From: Marsupella aquatica
Lineage: Eukaryota; Plantae; Marchantiophyta
Direction of reading: 5' to 3'
Length of the DNA stretch: 64,000 nucleotides
NCBI GenBank assembly: GCA_973895155.1
Contig: OZ316895.1
Location: forward strand, 6,994,184 to 7,058,183
Shown: positions 58,819 through 64,000 of the stretch, piece by piece
Layout: every line of letters begins with the position of its first letter
Numbering within the stretch: position 1 is the first letter of the stretch
Notes under the pieces: generated by a model
What the model saw: only the letters and a program-made list of their open reading frames with translations
Told to the model about the DNA's origin: nothing
Database searches by the model: none
Made by a program: the position numbers and the translations under genes

Positions 58819-60918
58819 CTACATATTGATTTGTTGCTGAACCTGTCTCGCCAATATTGTGTCTAACTCAGCACTTGGAGGCTCTGAACTGTATATGGGA
58901 GTGGGCTTAGAGGCTGGAAGCGATGGAACTGGAACATCTCCAGCAAGCATTTCGACAACACCTCGCATTGATGGCCGAGCTGAAGGATCAGGATGAGAGC
59001 ATAACAACCCAACTTTCAAAATGACCTCCATTTTGCAGCGATCATACTCGAGTCGGTTGTCAACCGCACTGAACAGATCATTGTTAGTAAACTTATCCCA
59101 TACCCAATCTACAAGCACCTGTTCTTCGTCTGGGAGCATAGATGACAAAGCTTTCCGTCCGCATGCGACCTCTAAAAGCACGGCACCAAAAGCAAACACA
59201 TCAGTCTTGTCAGTGAATTTGCCTCGAGGAAAAACCTCTGGAGCAAGGTAACCAAGAGTCCCAGCCAGTCGAGTTGTGTTTGCTTCCATATGGTGATCTA
59301 CCAAACGAGCAAGACCGAAATCCCCAAGCTTTGCATTCCACTGCTCGTCCAGCATAATATTTGAAGACTTGACGTCCCTATGCAAAACCTGTTGCTTCCA
59401 TCCTTGGTGCAAATAGTCCAGAGCGCTTGCAGTGCCAGTGACTATGTTGAACCTTTGTGGCCAAGACAGACAAGTTCGTGAGCTGCCTTGGCTTTCACCA
59501 GATTCTGAGCTGCATTGGCTTTCACCAGACTGCGTAGTAAACAACGCCTTGTCAAGACTCCCATTCGGCATCAATTCATACACAAGCAAGTATTTTCCTT
59601 GGGAGGGATCTTTACACCACCCTTGAAGCTGGATCAAATTCCTGTGTCTCAGCAGACCAATGATGGAAACCTCGGCCATGAATTCCTTCTCTCCCTGATT
59701 AGAGTCACTTTTGATTTTCTTCACTGCCACTGGAATCTTAGACGACGGCAACACTCCACGGTACACACTTCCAAACGCTCCTTGCCCTAGTTTTGACCCG
59801 TCGGAGAAGCGTTTAGTGGCCACACTCAGCTCCCTGTAGGTGAATCGCTTTGACAACTCTAGCCCCTTCATTGCTTCCTCTTCTACAAATGCACCTCGAT
59901 ATCCGCGTGTCCAAACGAGAGCACTGATGGCAATTATTATGCAAGCTATAAGAGGACAAGTTATACTCACTGAGATTACAATCGTCTTTGTCATGCGCTT
60001 CTTATTTCCCTTCGATTGTAACCGAGACGTTGGAGCACCGGTTGGAGAGCCTGCACCTGATGGACCCTTTGCAGGCACTGGTACTACCGTATGTAGATGA
60101 GGTTCAAAGCTCGAGTTAAAGGTCCAATCGCCGAGATAGAAATTGAACACGCCAGAGGAACCAGACCTGTCAGGTGTTCCAGAGGAACTCGAGAAACCCA
60201 CCCACATGTACTCCTCAACGAAATCGAAAAGATTCACTGTGTAGTTCAGCAGTGGGCCGTTGGGTCGAATGGAACTGTAGCTAAGTCTCACTTCGAACAG
60301 CCCAGTGTCGGCGCTATAATCCACCCAAGCATATTTTGTGTCAATGTCTGAAAGAATCACCGCCGAGGTTGCATCTTCGGTAGCCACCGCTGTGATGTTC
60401 GTAAAGTCGAGGCTGACATGGTTCGAATTGATATCGTTGATAGGGAAATCCGGATTCTGGAAAGTGTCAAACTCAACGACTATGGATTTGACTTTAGTGG
60501 AGAAATTAGATGCAGCATCAAAGATCCCCAAGCTTGCTCCAGCTGAGCCGGTAGATGAGTTACTCGCACTGATGACGAAGGCCATCCCATCTCCAGGCCA
60601 ACTATTATCGTTCCTTGCGTCTATCGTGAACCAGGTACTGAAGGAAGCCACTTTTTGACTGGAGAGGTCCCGCAATTTGACTACCTGCTGGTAGTATGCG
60701 ACTCCTACCTTCGAGAGATTTCCACGATACAGAAGGGCTAATCGCCCGTCCAATATTCCATAGACTCTCACTCTCTGATTGGCTGGATCGTACGGATGAG
60801 CTTGCCCCAAACAGATGATATTGGTTGAACAGTTGTAGTCATTGGCTTGCACAACGAAGTTCGCAACGCCTTGGCCAGAAATCCCACTGCAGTAACTCGA
60901 AGCAAAAATCATCAACAT
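58819..60918 (-). CDS. L-type (legume) lectin receptor-like kinase
   Basis: SFSTWF, PGDGMAFVI, VVEFDT..N, NSNHV, AWVDY, MWVGFS (lectin); TM segment; RFTYREL, LGQGAFGSVY, VAVKK, HRDVKSSN, DFGLA, GTLGYLAPE (RD kinase). Intronless; true start uncertain. Confidence 0.93.
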   Translation of the reverse strand: MLMIFASSYCSGISGQGVANFVVQANDYNCSTNIICLGQAHPYDPANQRVRVYGILDGRLALLYRGNLSKVGVAYYQQVVKLRDLSSQKVASFSTWFTIDARNDNSWPGDGMAFVISASNSSTGSAGASLGIFDAASNFSTKVKSIVVEFDTFQNPDFPINDINSNHVSLDFTNITAVATEDATSAVILSDIDTKYAWVDYSADTGLFEVRLSYSSIRPNGPLLNYTVNLFDFVEEYMWVGFSSSSGTPDRSGSSGVFNFYLGDWTFNSSFEPHLHTVVPVPAKGPSGAGSPTGAPTSRLQSKGNKKRMTKTIVISVSITCPLIACIIIAISALVWTRGYRGAFVEEEAMKGLELSKRFTYRELSVATKRFSDGSKLGQGAFGSVYRGVLPSSKIPVAVKKIKSDSNQGEKEFMAEVSIIGLLRHRNLIQLQGWCKDPSQGKYLLVYELMPNGSLDKALFTTQSGESQCSSESGESQGSSRTCLSWPQRFNIVTGTASALDYLHQGWKQQVLHRDVKSSNIMLDEQWNAKLGDFGLARLVDHHMEANTTRLAGTLGYLAPEVFPRGKFTDKTDVFAFGAVLLEVACGRKALSSMLPDEEQVLVDWVWDKFTNNDLFSAVDNRLEYDRCKMEVILKVGLLCSHPDPSARPSMRGVVEMLAGDVPVPSLPASKPTPIYSSEPPSAELDTILARQVQQQINM

Positions 60919-60938
60919 CACACAAATTCCATACGAGC

Positions 60939-60966
60939 AGGGTTTAGGGTTTAGGGTTTAGGGTTT
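60939..60966 (+). repeat. Interstitial plant telomeric repeat (AGGGTTT)x4
   Basis: agggtttagggtttagggtttagggttt. Confidence 0.9.
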
Positions 60967-62929
60967 CAAATCATGGAATGGCTGCCAGGCAACAACTGCA
61001 GGTGGCAACACATGTGACGCATGACTCTGGATCAATGCAACATCATCACCTTGGTTGTAATTGTAGCAGCTGCGGTGAGTAAATCCTCCGTCCTCTAGTG
61101 TCATTCTGGTGGAAGAGGTACTAACCCGCCAATCGTCATGATCTAATGATATTCCGAGATGGCATATCGGCCACTCCCAATTTTCTCCGAACTTGCGTGC
61201 TTTCAAGTCAGTTCACTCCTCGTTGATTTGTGACCCCAGGGCCTATAGATTATTCCAAGCCAATTTGTATGAGCGTAACCCGCAGCTAGCGAGCAGCTCC
61301 ATGGATCCAGCATTCCATCAAGAATCAAGTTCGCACTTGGCGGTTCGTTCATTGTTCCTAAGGACTCGAGCTCGACTTCACTTGCAATCAAAAAATTGTT
61401 GCTGAAAGTGAATTCTGATTCAGGCTCCTGAGACTCGAATTCTGATGACTAAGAACTGATTTGGGCGTCTACGGAATGAGTCTCTAATTAAGTCGGACCG
61501 GTCGTCCGGACTTGGAAAGGGATCACGACCTGAAGTTTGTAGAGCCCTCCTATGTATCATAGGGGCAACTTTTCCGGGATGTAAGACCTTTAAAATTCTG
61601 CATTACTTGAATACCTGCTGCAGGCTTCGAATTCAGTGATCCAACTCTATTATTTAGTAAGATCCAGGGGAACCCAAAGCAGGTTGTCAATCCACCGGCA
61701 GAAAATGTTGTCACCATGTGCCACGAAAAGGTTTCCCCAGATGGGTCCAGGAACCAGACGACACTGTCGATGATTTCGATGCCCTCAAAAGTTTCCCTGC
61801 TTGCGTGCCTTCTGTGTCTAATCCTATAGAACCGACCGAGAACCCACAAGGGTCACTGCAAAAAGGCCAAAACGATTCTGTCGTACCAAACGAATTAAAA
61901 CAGTAGAGTATTGCAAGGGGAACCGTAATCATTGTTCAAGGGCTCCAGCGCAAGAGAGACACAAGTCATATTATGATCCAGGTTCAAGATTTTTCTTATC
62001 ACATCTAATTCCTATGACGGTGCTCTGCCAGTAGGGGAAGCGAAGCGGTCACGTTGTCTTGTTTATTTTGGCGTAACTTGCTTTTCATTCGATCCAGTTC
62101 GGTCGATCACTTGTTTCGTCCGATGCACACCTGGGTCCGGCGACGTCACCGATCAATCACATTGCAATTGACTACCGTTAGTGGAGATTTTCGTCTCCAT
62201 CCCATAAGTAACGTCGACGTTATGAAGGAAGATTCCATGGCCTCCACCTCGTCCTATATATATGTACCACTGCCTCTCTGCTGGCTCATTACACTCACTA
62301 GAGCCACTGCTGATCGATACAGTCCGAATATATAGTTATCCACGCCCTAAGCAACATACCGATGATATGTGTACATGCATGAGCGAGATGCAACACCCTC
62401 TCCCAAACAATCACGTTTGCAAGAAAGCAACAAGCCGCTCTGGCTCTTCTGTCAGCAGATCGATTAAGCTTGACAGCAAGCCCTGAGGTGGCTACGTACA
62501 GCACCGCACTAGCATCGTTAGGCATAGGTAAGTGTCGATCGATGTCTGTGTTTCCTTATCTGTGGATGGCATGTCACAGATTTCGCGAGATCTAGTGAAA
62601 TGAACTTCCGGTATTTGGAAAACTGCAAGAAACTGCCGGCTGGCCGAGGAGATTAAGGAAGAACATCTAAAGCTCGACTGAACCGCGGTGCCTGTGAAGG
62701 GACAACCATGACCACCAGTACATTATTGCGAAGGAGTGAGCGGGTGTGAACGCGGAGTGAGCGTATTGAACGCGTGTACTGGCGGTTCGTGTTTTGAACG
62801 CGAGATTGAATCATCTGGAGTTCTTTGTACATTAAGTGATCGCTGAAGGACACAGATGAGTGAATATTTGAAGCAAATTGATAACAACCCACATTTGAAT
62901 TTTGTTAGGCTACCGGGCTACAAGTGTAC

Positions 62930-64000
62930 AGAGACTCATTGTAGACCCTGAAACTTGGATAGTGGACACGGAACTCTACAGCAAGTTCTGGTCGGTCGAG
63001 ATACTGCCTTCCTAGCTAGACGCCAGCCCCGACTCGAAACAAAACTAATGACCCAAGTAAATGGGAAGCTATGCAAATGTGCTGTCGAATGGAATTCACT
63101 CTAATGGACTCCAGTGAAGGCTAGGGGCTTAGTCACAACTCCGTAGAAAGCTTAACTTTTTGCGCAACAATTCACTTTATGGCGTTCACCAAGACAGTTG
63201 AAGTGAAGATATCCAAAAAGGAGTAACAGTGGTAGGACGGAAAACCTCTTGCGTGGGAACTCGAACTTGGGAGGCTAATAACAATCTGGCTAAATTGTTA
63301 GACTCAAACAAGGTGAACAGTGTTTGCTGTGTCTTCGGAGTCTTCGGTGCATGATTGATCAGCCGGTATGATCTTCGGATGGCCCTAACAGTTTCAGGAT
63401 TCGAATGTAAGTTCTAGACGTGACAAGATCGGTGGAATAATGCTGCATCAGAGACTTCGTAAAAGGAATCGAAAGAGGTATGGAACATCCGCAATCTGGA
63501 TTGCCTAACTGTGGATCCAGGGCATGACTCGGAATGAGAGCTGAAGAGGGAAGTTAGTTACAAACCGTCACAAAAGTTGCACTGGATGACATCAGAATCC
63601 CTGGCAGATCGATCGACCGAGCGACTTGGAAGGCTTGCATGCGCTGACTTTCTCTTGACGTGATCAACCGTTTCCCGATCAATAGTCTCATCAACAACCT
63701 GAGACTGACCACCGTTACGATTGATGCACCAGCGACCATCGAGCCACTTAAAATGGAGGGAACTTGTCTCGTTCAAGGGTAATTGCGAAAGGTTGTACCA
63801 GAGAAGTTTCGGATGGCAGCAGACGCGTATGTTACCATCAGGAGTGTAGATTCTGGATGTTGCTAGTGTCTCGTTTGACATGAAAACCAGAGAGCATATG
63901 TGATCAGCTTCATGTACCGTGCCGGGAGAATTGGAAAGGGAATGCGATTCGCAATGGATTGGAGCAGGAGTAGTGCACATACTAGGTGTGACAAGATCTC
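62930..64000 (+). pseudogene. Possible highly decayed LRR-coding sequence
   Basis: Scattered LRR-like peptides in mixed frames (NNSLYG, LELG..NNNL, GNCERL, ILDVAS, IHSNGLQ) among many stops; weak. Confidence 0.25.

Noticed and set aside
63558-63980. 140-aa minus-strand ORF as a gene
   Set aside because: No motif support; the opposite strand shows faint LRR-like debris instead.

Overview
Eukaryotic, land-plant nuclear DNA, most likely from a moss judging by the style of the PLS-DYW PPR repeats. Bases ~1-46.6 kb are a five-level nest of transposons that can be unpacked from target-site duplications (TSDs). (1) A Ty3/gypsy non-chromovirus element E1 (+, ~1570-46612). (2) Inserted in its 5' LTR is a TG...CA unit A1 (2099-34370, TSD AGAAT). 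(3) Inside A1 is a 30-kb CACTA transposon (3884-33922, TSD TTG). (4) Inside the CACTA is a second copy of the gypsy family, E3 (-, 4559-18267). (5) In the LTR of E3 is another copy of unit A (A2, 13545-18207, TSD ACTGC). A third copy, A3 (-, 37274-41862, TSD GTTAY), splits the gag-pol of E1. Two things stand out. First, unit A is a ~4.6-kb solo-LTR-like element almost filled by a ~1200-codon ORF; it occurs three times with independent TSDs and never with an internal retrotransposon region. Second, upstream of its transposase the CACTA carries a co-oriented array of intronless single-module genes: a Cys/His finger, an EDM2-like PHD module, a tandem BRCT and an F-box. This looks like a chromatin/host-interaction toolkit. 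The right end holds a LINE remnant, an orphan methyltransferase first exon, an intact PLS-E-DYW PPR RNA-editing gene and a convergent L-type lectin receptor kinase. All protein family assignments are by motif recognition from memory; no searches were run.
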